A stretch of DNA of 63,823 nucleotides, the filler included, from Reticulomyxa filosa (Eukaryota; Protista; Foraminifera): NCBI GenBank assembly GCA_000512085.1. It is 18 parts of 18 records of this genome, joined end to end, with 100 filler letters (N's around TTAATTAATTAA, not from the genome) between each part and the next. Parts side by side here need not be neighbours in the genome. Positions count along the whole stretch, not along the records: positions 51,005 to 52,712 come from ASPP01025377.1; positions 52,813 to 54,115 come from ASPP01029267.1; positions 54,216 to 56,101 come from ASPP01005231.1; positions 56,202 to 58,063 come from ASPP01025395.1; positions 58,164 to 59,337 come from ASPP01004276.1; positions 59,438 to 60,437 come from ASPP01038074.1; positions 60,538 to 61,845 come from ASPP01028832.1; positions 61,946 to 63,823 come from ASPP01025194.1; 10 more parts are not named here. One strand, given 5' to 3'. Positions 51,841-63,410 of this stretch are shown one piece after another. Made by a program: the position numbers and the translations under genes. Every line of letters begins with the position of its first letter. Position 1 is the stretch's first letter. The notes beneath the pieces were generated by a model that was given only the letters and a program-made list of their open reading frames with translations, was not told the DNA's origin and ran no database searches.

Positions 51841-52574
51841 GTTTTTTTGATATAGAATAAAAACACAAAGCTTGTCCCTTTCAAAGTGTTACGAATGAAC
51901 CGAATTCTTTCAACACAAAGACAACGTGCAGCATGGAATTTACGTGAAGAAGATTCAGAATTAATAAGCTTAGAAAAAAGATTAAAAGCTATTAAAAGAA
52001 TAAGAGAATTAGAGCAAGTAATTTCTTTTTCTTATTCTTATTCTACATCATTTGCTAAATAATTATTAGAAAAAAAAGTAATTGAGGCATATGAAATATT
52101 TCGTGCATAAGATGTATTAAGATGGTTAGATTCACAAATGGAAACAATGTGTAGAAAGCAATTACCTTCTATGAACTGGAACAAGCTAGTGACCCTAAAG
52201 AAATATTTCGTGTATATGAAAAATGTAACAAATTATTAATTAAAGATTTACAAGAAAAAAGAAAAGAATGCAGCCACTTGAAGCTCACAGCTGCCGAATA
52301 CAATTTTTTTTCGAGCATAAGATCGAGCAAAAAAGTTTCAATTCAAAATAAAAAAAAGATTCAACAAAAGCGACAACAAAAATATATAAATATTTTGATA
52401 CACAAAAGATATGCTGCTTGGCCAATCTTAATTAAATTTGTAAAAATCACTAAAATAATATTTCATGCAATCAATATAAAACTTTATCCACAAATTTGTA
52501 GTGGTAATTTGTCTCTAAAATTAAAATAAACTAAATATTTTAAAAAATTTACAAACAAATACAGTAGAACGCAA

Positions 52575-52712
52575 AGTAAAGTTGACACATCATAGAGATG
52601 ATTGATTTTTTACATGAAAAAACAACATTCAGACCTAATTTTTTTTTAAAAATATCTACAAATCGTGTACTTTTAAAATCATTTGGTTTTTATTAAATCT
52701 TTCATAATTATT
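52575..52712 (+). repeat. ~130-bp dispersed AT-rich repeat (second copy ~63610-63740)
   Basis: atagagatgattg...tacatgaaaaaacaacatt...aaaatatctac...ttggtttttattaa is present in both. Confidence 0.8.
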
Positions 52713-52892
52713 NNNNNNNNNNNNNNNNNNNNNNNNNNNNNNNNNNNNNNNNNNNNTTAATTAATTAANNNNNNNNNNNNNNNNNNNNNNNNNNNNNNNN
52801 NNNNNNNNNNNNATATATATATATATTTATATATATTTATATATAGTATTAATTATTAATTATTAATTACTATTTATTATTTTTACAATATA

Positions 52893-53350
52893 GTCAAATC
52901 CAATACATTGACACCTGTTTACGGATGTTACACAAAGTGTGGATGAAAATGCTCGACGACTTATTCAACTTGATCATTGTGCAAACTACGACTTTGATCA
53001 ACACCAACGCCGAGTTGCTGAAGCGCAAGTTGAAGTGTATTTTCTTGGTGGGTGGCTTCAGTCAGTCCGAGTATCTGCGCAAAAGAATCGCTGACGAATT
53101 TGCGGCCCATTATCACATCTTCGTTCCAAGGTATCCCATTCTGTGAGTTGGCAAAATCTCCAACTTTGTCAAGTTTAGGATCGTCAATAAGACATATGGA
53201 GTCAGTTGCGCCATCCAATGTGCTCAAGGCCACCAATTCCGGAGTCTCTGCAGACCACATCCAAAATCATAAGTTTACCATTTCAGACGGTCAAGAATTT
53301 GTCAATAGTTGCTTTGATGTCTTCGTCCACAAAGGGGAAGAAATCAAGTT
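52893..53350 (+). pseudogene. HSPA12-like Hsp70 fragment
   Basis: IFLVGGFSQSEYL...VPRYPIL*, RIVNKTYG and CFDVFVHKGEEI; stop, deletion of the (AV..GA) segment and a +1 shift. Confidence 0.8.
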
Positions 53351-53883
53351 AACTGGCTCCAATATATATATATATATTTTTTTCTCCGACTGAAACCATT
53401 GGCAACGTTACATGTTCGATTGCCTCGCGAATTGCAATCCAACAAGTTTAAGATTTCCAACCTCTTCTATTTTAATCACAAAACCAAAAAGCTAGCATTT
53501 GGTTAATTATTAAGAAAAATTTTTCTTATTTCTTATTTCTTATCACGACAAATTGTAGCGGCCTTTGATGTTCTTAAAAATTTTGAATTTTCCATAAAGA
53601 GTGCTATCCAAAAAATATTTAAAAAAAAACAAACTCAAAAACACCTTACAAAAAAAAAAAAAGAAATCTGGACTGGAATATATGGATTAAGAATCTTTAT
53701 TGCATGGATGTGTGGTTTGAATGTAAAATGAGTGTCTAGTGTGTGCATATAGTATGTTTATGCATTGTGTAATTGGAATAATTGCTTAGTGGAAGTATCT
53801 GAAAAAATATTTTTTTTAACATTTACAATTAAGATTTTTTGTGTAATAAAAGAAAATGCTTAAATTAAGTGCAAAGTAAAAAG

Positions 53884-54090
53884 ATAATTTTATGGAAAAG
53901 ACAATCCATTCAAAAAATGTAGATGTAGATATATCGATATGTGATTTAGGTGATCAAAAAGACTTTAGCATATTAATGCCATTAGTATGCAGTGAAGTCA
54001 AAGTAGTGTTATTTGCATTTGATTTGACAGCAAACCAATCTTTACATTCTGTGAAGACATTGTATAAAGAAGCGAGGAAAGAAAATAAAG
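53884..54090 (+). CDS. Spg1/Tem1-family small GTPase exon with degenerate G3 motif (possibly pseudogene)
   Basis: NFMEKTI...ISICDLGDQKDF..LMPLVC...VLFAFDLT...YKEARKENK. Confidence 0.75.
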
Positions 54091-54215
54091 TATCTTTTTT
54101 TTAAGAAAAAAAAAANNNNNNNNNNNNNNNNNNNNNNNNNNNNNNNNNNNNNNNNNNNNTTAATTAATTAANNNNNNNNNNNNNNNNNNNNNNNNNNNNN
54201 NNNNNNNNNNNNNNN

Positions 54216-56101
54216 ACAACCAACTAAACAACCAACTAAACAACCAACGAAACAACCGACTAAACAACCAACGAAACAACCAACAAAATCTCCAACTAAA
54301 CTTCCGACGAGACATCCAACTAAACCCCCAACAAAGAATCCAACAAAACCTCCGACCAAAAATCCGACAAGACATCCAACTAAATTCCCGACCGGATATC
54401 CAACAAAATCGCCAACTGAACATCCCACAAAACAACCAACAAAACAACCAACAAAACAGCCAACAAAACAGCCAACAAAACAGCCAACACAACATCCGAC
54501 TCGACATCCTACCAAACCTCCTACAAAAAATCCAACAAAGCAACCGACAAAAAACCCAACCAGAAAACCAACGGCGCCTCCAACGAAGAGACCAACAGCG
54601 CCACCAACAAGGAGACCGACCGCTCCCCCAACAAGGAAGCCAACGACTCCTCCGACTCGACGTCCAACAGCCCCACCGACGAAAGTGCCAACGAGACAAC
54701 CTACCACTTCACCGACCAGGTTTTTTGTTTTGTTTTGTTTTGTTTTTTTGATTTATCTTCCCTATTTCTTATTTCTTCATTCCTTCATTGCAATAGACAT
54801 TGCCACATGCAAACATACACACATACACACATACACACATACACACAGACATCCAAGCTCAAGTCCGACATCGTCGCCAACCGAGTGTGCAATTGCAAAC
54901 GATGTGATTTTGATTGTGGATGAGTCGTGTGGCAAGAATACCACGGTAACTCAGTGTAATCGACTGAAGCAGCACTTGCTCGATGTGGTGTATAAATACA
55001 ACATTGGACCGAGATTGACTTTGGACACGAGAATCGGGATTATCACGTACCGAATGAACGGCATTGTGAAATTGGACTTGCAATATGGTACATCGAAGGC
55101 GATTCTTCGAGACACGATTTTGGGAATTGACTGTTCGACCAACTATTTCAACACGCACGACCTTGCCGACGCAGTGGACGATGCCATTGAAATGTTGGAC
55201 AGTCAGCAAAGGATACTCGACCTAGACATAGACACGGGCGAGATCTTCGAGGTTGCGCAATCACTGATCGTTTATCCCATTTGCGATTCGACAGGTCCTG
55301 ACAGTCATAATGTCCCATTGTGTGACTCGGAGAGAGTTGGATATGATGGAAGACTGAAGAACACGCATGTGTGCGTATACGCAAGTGGCACGCTCACCAC
55401 TGCCTCGGATTATACGTGCTTGGTTCAAGGAATCGACGAGAATGGAAATCCGACGACAGATATTTCCGGAAGTTTATTCGACAATCCCACGTGGAACGTG
55501 ACGCAATCAAAAAAGATGTCACAAACTTGGTGAATGTGAATTGCGAGACCTTGGCCCCGACCAAAATACCAACGTCTTCTCCAACACGAAGACCGACTGC
55601 ATCGCCAACTAGAAAACCGACGCTACCTCCTACCAAAAACCCAACACTCTCACCGACGAAAAGGCCAACAACCCCGCCTACAAGAAAGCCCACAACGCCA
55701 CCGACAAAGATACCCACACGTCCTCCGACGAAAGGTCCAACATATTCGCCGACAAATGCTCCAACCGGTGCTCCAACATATAGTCCGACACAATCACCGA
55801 CGAATGCTCCAACAGGCACTCCAACCTATTCTCCGACGGGTGCTCCAACGTACAGTCCCACATACTCTCCAACAGAGTCCCCGACCAATGCGCCAACGCA
55901 GTCTCCAACGTATTCGCCAACGTACTCACCAACCAATGCTCCAACATATTCACCAACGGATGTCCCAACGCCTTTGCCAACCTATTCGCCGACAGATAGT
56001 CCGACGTACAGTCCGACCTATTCTCCGACTGCCAGTCCAACATATTCTCCTACACACTCGCCAACGGATAATCCAACTTATAGTCCGACATATTCTCCAA
56101 C
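54216..56101 (+). CDS. vWF-A domain protein flanked by Pro-Thr tetrapeptide repeats; partial, one intron, one -1 break
   Basis: (PTKQ/PTRR)n, then [10 protein letters not shown]...TRIGIITY, then (PTRK)n(PTYS/PTNA)n. Confidence 0.85.
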
Positions 56102-56358
56102 NNNNNNNNNNNNNNNNNNNNNNNNNNNNNNNNNNNNNNNNNNNNTTAATTAATTAANNNNNNNNNNNNNNNNNNNNNNNNNNNNNNNNNNNNNNNNNNN
56201 NTATTTAATTAACACAGCGTTATATTTACGCTTGTAGTTCTTATTGTAATTATCTGCAAACAACGTTGATCACACATTCGAAAGACAAAAGGGACATAAG
56301 AAACAAAAAAAGTTTGTTGCTGCAGTGTTTTCTTGACCGTAGTATCAAAAAAAAAAAG

Positions 56359-57460
56359 ATGGATACAAATCACAGCCTAAATAACAATAAAAAGGAACTA
56401 ACAAGTGCCCTACGAGATAAATGGATATTCTATTCATACGTGCTACTGGTAGCAACGATATGCGACAACATCGTAGAGGGTATAGTGAGCGTGTACTGGG
56501 GATCCGGTGATGATGCAATCAGTTTATTGGGATTTGGTATTGACAGTTTTATTGAAGTGGCCTCAGCAGCATTGGTGCTAAGTCACATTTTGTGGGAATT
56601 TTCGAGTAGAAGAAGAGCAAATGCACCAGAAACAGCAAATAAAAGTCAGACTACATTAATGGCTCTTGAACGTGAAAGAAAGTTGACATTCATAATTGGT
56701 TTATTATTAGCTTTGCTCGCCATATCGGTTGTGGCTTCTGCAATTGTGCGATTGGTCCAAGGGACAACTCCTGACTCGACTGTGCCTGGTATGTTTTTTT
56801 GAAAAATACGTATATACATAATTTACAATTTTTTTTTTTTTTTTTTTGAATGTAGGTATTATAATAAGTGTAGCCGCTTTAACGGGAAGTATTTTCTTGT
56901 TTTATTTTAAGACAAGAGCAGCAGTGATACTAAATTCCAGTGCTTTAACTAGTGAAGCAAATTGCACATTGAGTTGCATAAAATTGAGTACAATATTATT
57001 AATCGGTTCATTAATGTACGCGATTGATAATCGTTTGTGGTGGGTAGATGGCACCACCAGCATCTGCATTGGCTTGCGAGTTGGATATGAAGGTATTTTG
57101 ACAATACGACAATGCTTTAAAAAAGAATTTACTGGTGGTTGTGGCTGCTGTAGCGGCAGTGACTCGTATTTGGCAAAGTATTGGAGAAAAAGAATTGAAC
57201 AGGAGTACAATATGGACGCTCCTAAAATACGTACCACTCCGGCAAAAGTATGTGCGAAAGGTTGTTGCGAAAATGTTGTCGATACGTCCAACGAAAAAGA
57301 AAAGTTGTGCAAACAAAGTGTCGTTGTTGTTCAACAAGACAGTCCAACAGCTCCATTGCTTAAAGCTGCTGGTGCTGCATGTGAAGGCAACAAAAAGAAA
57401 TGCCAAAAACCATGCTGCAAAAAAAGTGAAGCTGAAGGAGTTCAGTTTTTGACTAACTAA
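56359..57460 (+). CDS. TMEM163-like / cation diffusion facilitator transporter with Cys-rich tail, 2 exons
   Basis: LLGFGIDSFIEVASA, RERK, LNSSALTSEA and WWVDG; intron 56789-56855. Confidence 0.85.
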
Positions 57461-58163
57461 AAAATGCAATTTTTATTTTTTGAGCAATTGCAAAAAAAAA
57501 AAGTAAACGTTAACTTTTTTAACTTTTTTTTTTTTTTTGGTAAACCGTTTATACAACTTTAATGTTCAAATGGCTAATCTTAGCAAAAAAAAAAAAGATT
57601 TGTCAGAAACAAGCTAGATCCTCTTATTAAAAATTGTTCAACTAATAAGCTATTTTTTAACAACAAATAAAAATTTAATATAACGCTCAGGGCTACATTT
57701 GTTTAAAACACAGGAAAAAGAAAGAAAAAACAGAACATGACAGCGTAAATAAATAAGACAAAACCTGAATAATATCGCGTGTCATCAACATCAAAAAAAC
57801 TGATAACCATGGACTAACCAGTGATGTGGGGGGGGGAGTGTACTGAGTTCTAAATAAAGTCCTTTTTAAACTTGAAATGCAACAAAAATACAAGTAAGTG
57901 AAAAACTTGTGAATAATTTAACCTTTTTCCAGAAAAGACAGTGTACAGCTGTTTAAAGAGCTTGTGACCATGTTTTTCTAAGGTAAATAATACAACACCA
58001 ACAAAGTTTCATTATTGCCGTCAACAAAAATGTTTGTTCGTAAGCTTCTTTTGTCCGTGCAATNNNNNNNNNNNNNNNNNNNNNNNNNNNNNNNNNNNNN
58101 NNNNNNNTTAATTAATTAANNNNNNNNNNNNNNNNNNNNNNNNNNNNNNNNNNNNNNNNNNNN

Positions 58164-59216
58164 AATTCATTCTCGTTAATAGATTGCACTTCACTGCTTT
58201 GAAAATCGAATCTTTGCAAAAATTCTTTGAGAGATGTAATAAGTTGTTGCTGTTTGATCAGCTGATTTGACAATACCAAGTAATTGACACATGGAATCAA
58301 TCGTAGCCTATCAATGAGAGTGCAAGAGACCTCATATCTAGCATCGCCCGAGACGAAAGAATCGAGATCGGATCCGATGTTTTGAATCGCAAGCGAATGG
58401 AATTGAGTTGCTGATTTATCTTTGGCAAGAGTTCTTACAATGACGAACAATTGTTTTGAAGATAATTTCCATCTCTTATACAATTCACTCCAAGCATTAT
58501 ACACGAATGATACTTGGCACATCTGTATTGTATATACGTATTGTTTTATCAGACAAAAAAAACAAAACAAAAAACACACCTGTTTGGAACTCGCATTTGA
58601 TTGGTCCAAATTTGGAGTATTATCGTTAAGTACATTTTCAATGTCTTGTGATTTCGACTGATGAAGTTGTGTTTTTAAATCATTGAAAACAGTCAAAGCA
58701 AAACGAAGTGATGATTCATTCTCAATTCCACAAACCAAATACTTCAATATCTGTACATGTAGTTCATTGGATGCAGGCTGCGAAGACTGTTCGTCCACGA
58801 AAATTACCTGAGAGGACTCTGGAACAGTTGCGGTTGCAATTACAGTTGGGTTGGTTTGATCAAATATGTCAAAAGATAAATTGGAATTGGAAACAACATT
58901 AAAGTCAGCCCAATATAACCAGGGGATGTTTTCATATAGTTTCAACTCATATTTCCTATTAGCTTTTTTTTGTTTGGATGATCCTATGATATTCTGTTGT
59001 TTAATCGAAAATACAAAAAAAAAGAATACCTCCAGGTATGTTATGAAACAAGACACTTCGAATGTGACCATGTTCAGATGTTGTACATGTCAAACAAACT
59101 AAATATATTCGAAGCCGTTTCGTGTTTTCGCTGTAATTTTGCGGGACTACCCAATGTATGTCGTCCGATGTTGTTTTTTGTTCATCGACTGGTGAAGTAC
59201 TAAAACCCGTTTGCAT
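58164..59216 (-). CDS. Hypothetical protein, partial, multi-exon
   Basis: Long open frame with intron-like in-frame segments; no recognised motif. Confidence 0.55.
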
Positions 59217-60674
59217 CCAATATATATGTATATATTACAATTTTGTTAATGTCCTTTCTGACTTTTTTTTGGCTAAAAAAAAAATTGTTATAAATATAAC
59301 AACAAATTTATTTGATTATTCTTGTCTGTAGTAACAGNNNNNNNNNNNNNNNNNNNNNNNNNNNNNNNNNNNNNNNNNNNNTTAATTAATTAANNNNNNN
59401 NNNNNNNNNNNNNNNNNNNNNNNNNNNNNNNNNNNNNTCTTCTTCTTCTTCGAAATCCACTAATTCTGTGATGGTATGCTTCATTCATACTTTCATGTTA
59501 TTTTCTTCAACACTTATTACACTTTTGAACACTTTTTGTTTGTTTTTGCTTTCAAGTCGGAAACCGATCAAAGCACTACTTCGGTTCCAAAGTCAACTGA
59601 AATGAAATCTTATCCCTCAAAAACGCCTGATGGAATATCGTCTTACCGCCAGATCACCACTGACGCAGAAAGTCCGATTAGTGACAAGCCCGTTTGAGCA
59701 ATCGAACAATTAAATAAACAATATCTACTTACAATTATTTTCTTCATTGGAGTCAAAAAAAAGGGACAAACGTGTGATATACAACCAAAATTCAAAACAA
59801 TGAACAATTATCCACACAACCAATTTGTAAGACATTGATTGAAAAAGCTTGTACAGATTTCCTAAAAGATTACTCGAATTAAAAACACTACTTTCACAAA
59901 TTTATTTGCGTGAGTCTCCAAAGTAACTCAAGAAAAGCTTTGTGACCAAAAACAAAACTGCTTTTAAAATTGCATTTTTAATAAAATTTTGAATGATGGA
60001 AAAATTTTCTTCATATTAAACGGGGATACTACTCATAAATTAAAAGGCACAAAAACGATTTTTTTAACCAGTAAATACAAAAAATTTTAAAAATTTTAAA
60101 AAACTTATCTAAACTTCACCAAAGTTTGCAATATAGACAACTAATGTGACACGCGCAGCAAATAATCCCATTTATTTTTTTTCTGCTGTTACAACACATT
60201 TTCAAAAAAAGTTTATGTAACACAAAAAAAAACAATGATTTCATAATGACAATGATGTATAGTAATTGAATTGCTAGCACGATCAAAATGCTTGATGATA
60301 CTAAATTATACTGCCATATTTTACTCGTGCCTTGTGCATTGCATATAGTTGCAGTTAAATCAATCGTTTATTAAAAAATCATCAAAAATGCAATGCTTGT
60401 AAAAAAAATAATGAAATGCCAACTCTTGCATATTCGANNNNNNNNNNNNNNNNNNNNNNNNNNNNNNNNNNNNNNNNNNNNTTAATTAATTAANNNNNNN
60501 NNNNNNNNNNNNNNNNNNNNNNNNNNNNNNNNNNNNNTATAAATTGAAATATAACGTTTCTCTTGTACAATAAATGTAGACTAAATCGATCTAACATTAA
60601 CTTTGCTTGGATGCGATCCCATTTTTTGAGAAAATAAAAGGAAACAAAAAAGATATTGAAAATGTCAATGCTTG

Positions 60675-60897
60675 TGTGAGATGTCTGCTGATAGTGTTGG
60701 TACACTAACTGTAATACGAGAGGTGTTTACTAAGAAGAGAATAGGGGTTTCGTAAAACAAAAGTAATTTAAATAATAAAACAAGATAACAAAAGAAAGTA
60801 AGAAAGTAAGAAGTAAGTTTGTTGAGGAAGTTTAACCTACTGGGGATTCCTCCATTCCCTTGACGTTCGGATACTTATAATAGGGACTTGCCCTACA
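60675..60897 (-). mobile_element. Solo LTR with 4-bp TSD CTTG
   Basis: cttg|TGTGAG...CTTGCCCTACA|cttg. Confidence 0.88.
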
Positions 60898-61245
60898 CTT
60901 GTCTCAGAAAAAATAAAAAAGAAATTGAAAAGTGTAAGAATGAAGTTTGGTGAAACGTCTGGAAATACAACTTCAACAAAAAGATATGCCCAATGAATTT
61001 GATGCAAAGATGCAAAATTTAGAACCCAAAAGAAGGGAGAAGACTAAGACACTATTACATATATTTTTTGTTCACGCATCCAATCAAACTTTTGGCAAGC
61101 CATTCTTTCAAAAAGTGTCACACTTGACGTTTTCTGTTCAACTTTTTAAAGAAAACGAAAGGAGGAGAGAGTGAAAAAAAACTCTTATTATAATGGAAGG
61201 ACCGCCGGTCTACAGCGAGTTTGGTACGCTCTATTTAAGCATATA

Positions 61246-61833
61246 ATGTCTGTCAATTCTCACTTTGGTGCAATTGTTGAGGTTCATAGAAATAAAATAA
61301 CATGTATTCAAACTGCAAAAAACAAAAGCGGACTATCAGGTGCTGCCCCACTAACAAAGATAATATGTACATTACCAGCGGACTGTGAAGAAGCGCATAT
61401 CCGAAGACTGATTTTGCTGGTATGAATGTGGCGGTATTGGACTTGGCAGCAAGTTCTAAAAAGGTGAGAGTTCATTTGGCAAGCATCAATAATTATATAT
61501 GTATATACATATATGTATATATTTCAACACATAACGTATGAAAAAAAAAAAATGAAGAAATATAAACGATTGATCCGTCGCATTCGCCGAGCAAGCGACG
61601 CATGCAAGCGCATCTGTGGGATAATGATAACGACCAGAGGTCCGCAAATCCGAACGGGGCCGATCAAGTCGTCGCGTTTGTTTGACCCAACAAAGAAGCA
61701 TCACCACACCCACGCTTCGGCGCACCACACACATCACGGCCAAAGCAAGCACAATCCCGTCCACGGCCACAGTCCCAAAAAGGAAAAGAAAAGCAACAAC
61801 CCCGAGTATAGTCACAGCGGCAGTCGAAAACAA
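61246..61833 (+). CDS. Divergent pyruvate-kinase-like protein, N-terminal part; one -1 break, His-rich insertion
   Basis: TKIICTL...IRRLI(-1)FAGMNVAVLDL...intron 61464-61557...YKRLIRRIRRA..ICGIMITTRGPQIRTG. Confidence 0.8.
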
Positions 61834-62989
61834 AGTTGTTTTTTTNNNNNNNNNNNNNNNNNNNNNNNNNNNNNNNNNNNNNNNNNNNNTTAATTAATTA
61901 ANNNNNNNNNNNNNNNNNNNNNNNNNNNNNNNNNNNNNNNNNNNNTTTTTTTTTTATCGTTGACTTTTGTTCAAATCTAAACAAAAAAAATTTAATTTTC
62001 AATTACGAAAGATTGTTCACAACTAACGAACAATAGATAATTATTAAAATAATTAAATGAAGTTGTGTTTTTGGGGAGCTACACTCCAATTACTAAAGCT
62101 ACTGTTGTTTGTACGTGTCCCTTACTGGTATAAAAGTGCCTCTATATTTTTATTTTTATTTTTTTTTAAATAATGTCATATATGATAAAGAAAATTAAAA
62201 AAAATATTTTGTTTAGTTAATAAAGTTGCTTTTGAACAAATGTTAAATGATATTTTTTACGATGAACAATTTTTTTCAAAATCATTCTGGATTTGATAAT
62301 AAAATTTTAAAAAAGACATTAAGCAAATTACAGAAAAAGAAACTATAATGTAAAATGTTTGGTTTACTAAAGTAAAAATTTTCAAATATAAACATTACGA
62401 ATTTCAAGATTATCGTTTGTGTTTTCAACCATAATGAGCACAAAAATATTTTTGATGTATATATAATTTCTTTCTGATAAAGCAATCTAATTCATCAAAA
62501 AAAAAGATCAAAATGTTTCAAACTAAAATCAATATTTATCATAATGATCCAGGCTTTGGTATTAAGTGATCAATGAAAAATCGGATGTCAGCAATCTTTG
62601 GATTGAATGAGAGACAATTAAAAAAAACAGTCAATGTTTCGTACCAAATGGCAAAAATTCATTTTTTCAGTCCAAAGTACACCAAGATGTAAAACGTTAC
62701 TAACAAAATGGATTATCGGTTTAATTGTTAGTCCACATATATTTGATTGAGGTTAATTCTATTTAAGTATTTGAGAAACCCATATCAGTAGAAATGATTT
62801 AAAACGACCCCGACACGTATGACAAAGTTCAACAAACATGCACACTATCCCCTATTAGCAATATCGTGATGCAAAGCTCCAGTATTTTTACCATGCTAAA
62901 AAAAAACTGGGAACGTTACGTTCTGAGCTTTTTGTTCCTTTTTTTGGCAATTATTTGACCATACATATATAAAAACTTATTACTTGCAG

Positions 62990-63410
62990 TATCATTCGTC
63001 GTCGTGATAACAAAGACGCCGCAATCAAAATGGCATTTGCAAATGTGTGGCATGGATATGCAAAGAAGGCCATTGGACAGGACGAAGCCCAACACATCCA
63101 TGTTTTGGTAAAGTATTTTAAAAAAAAGTGCAATTTATCTGCTTTTAAATAAAAACAAATAAACAAGCAAAAAGCCAGGTGACTCGTGTGGTGGATTGGG
63201 TGCGACGCTGATCGATGCATTGGACACATTGATGTTGATGGGCTTGAATGAAGAATTGGAGCAGGCTCGACGCAACTTGGAAAAGATAAATTTCAATATT
63301 GACTTACAAGTGTCATTTTTCGAAACTACGATTCGTCATTTGGGCGGACTGATCGGCGCATATGAGATGTCATTGGCATTGAACAAGCCTGACACGTTGT
63401 ATTTGGGCTA
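62990..63410 (+). pseudogene. GH47 alpha-1,2-mannosidase fragment
   Basis: AFANVWHGY...GQDE, GATLIDALDTLMLMGL and VSFFETTIRHLGGLIGAYE; similarity stops abruptly after DTLYL. Confidence 0.85.

Noticed and set aside
54160-56043. Antisense (VGCF/VGFL)n ORFs
   Set aside because: They are shadows of the Pro-Thr repeats on the + strand.
61192-61245. An additional -1 break upstream of the PK-like gene (MEGPPVYSEFG...)
   Set aside because: An in-frame ATG at 61246 makes a shift unnecessary, so it was not counted.
1899-61945. Regularly recurring TTAATTAATTAA as a CRISPR-like or biological repeat, and ORFs running into X residues
   Set aside because: The motif is always centred in 88 Ns, so it is an assembly linker.
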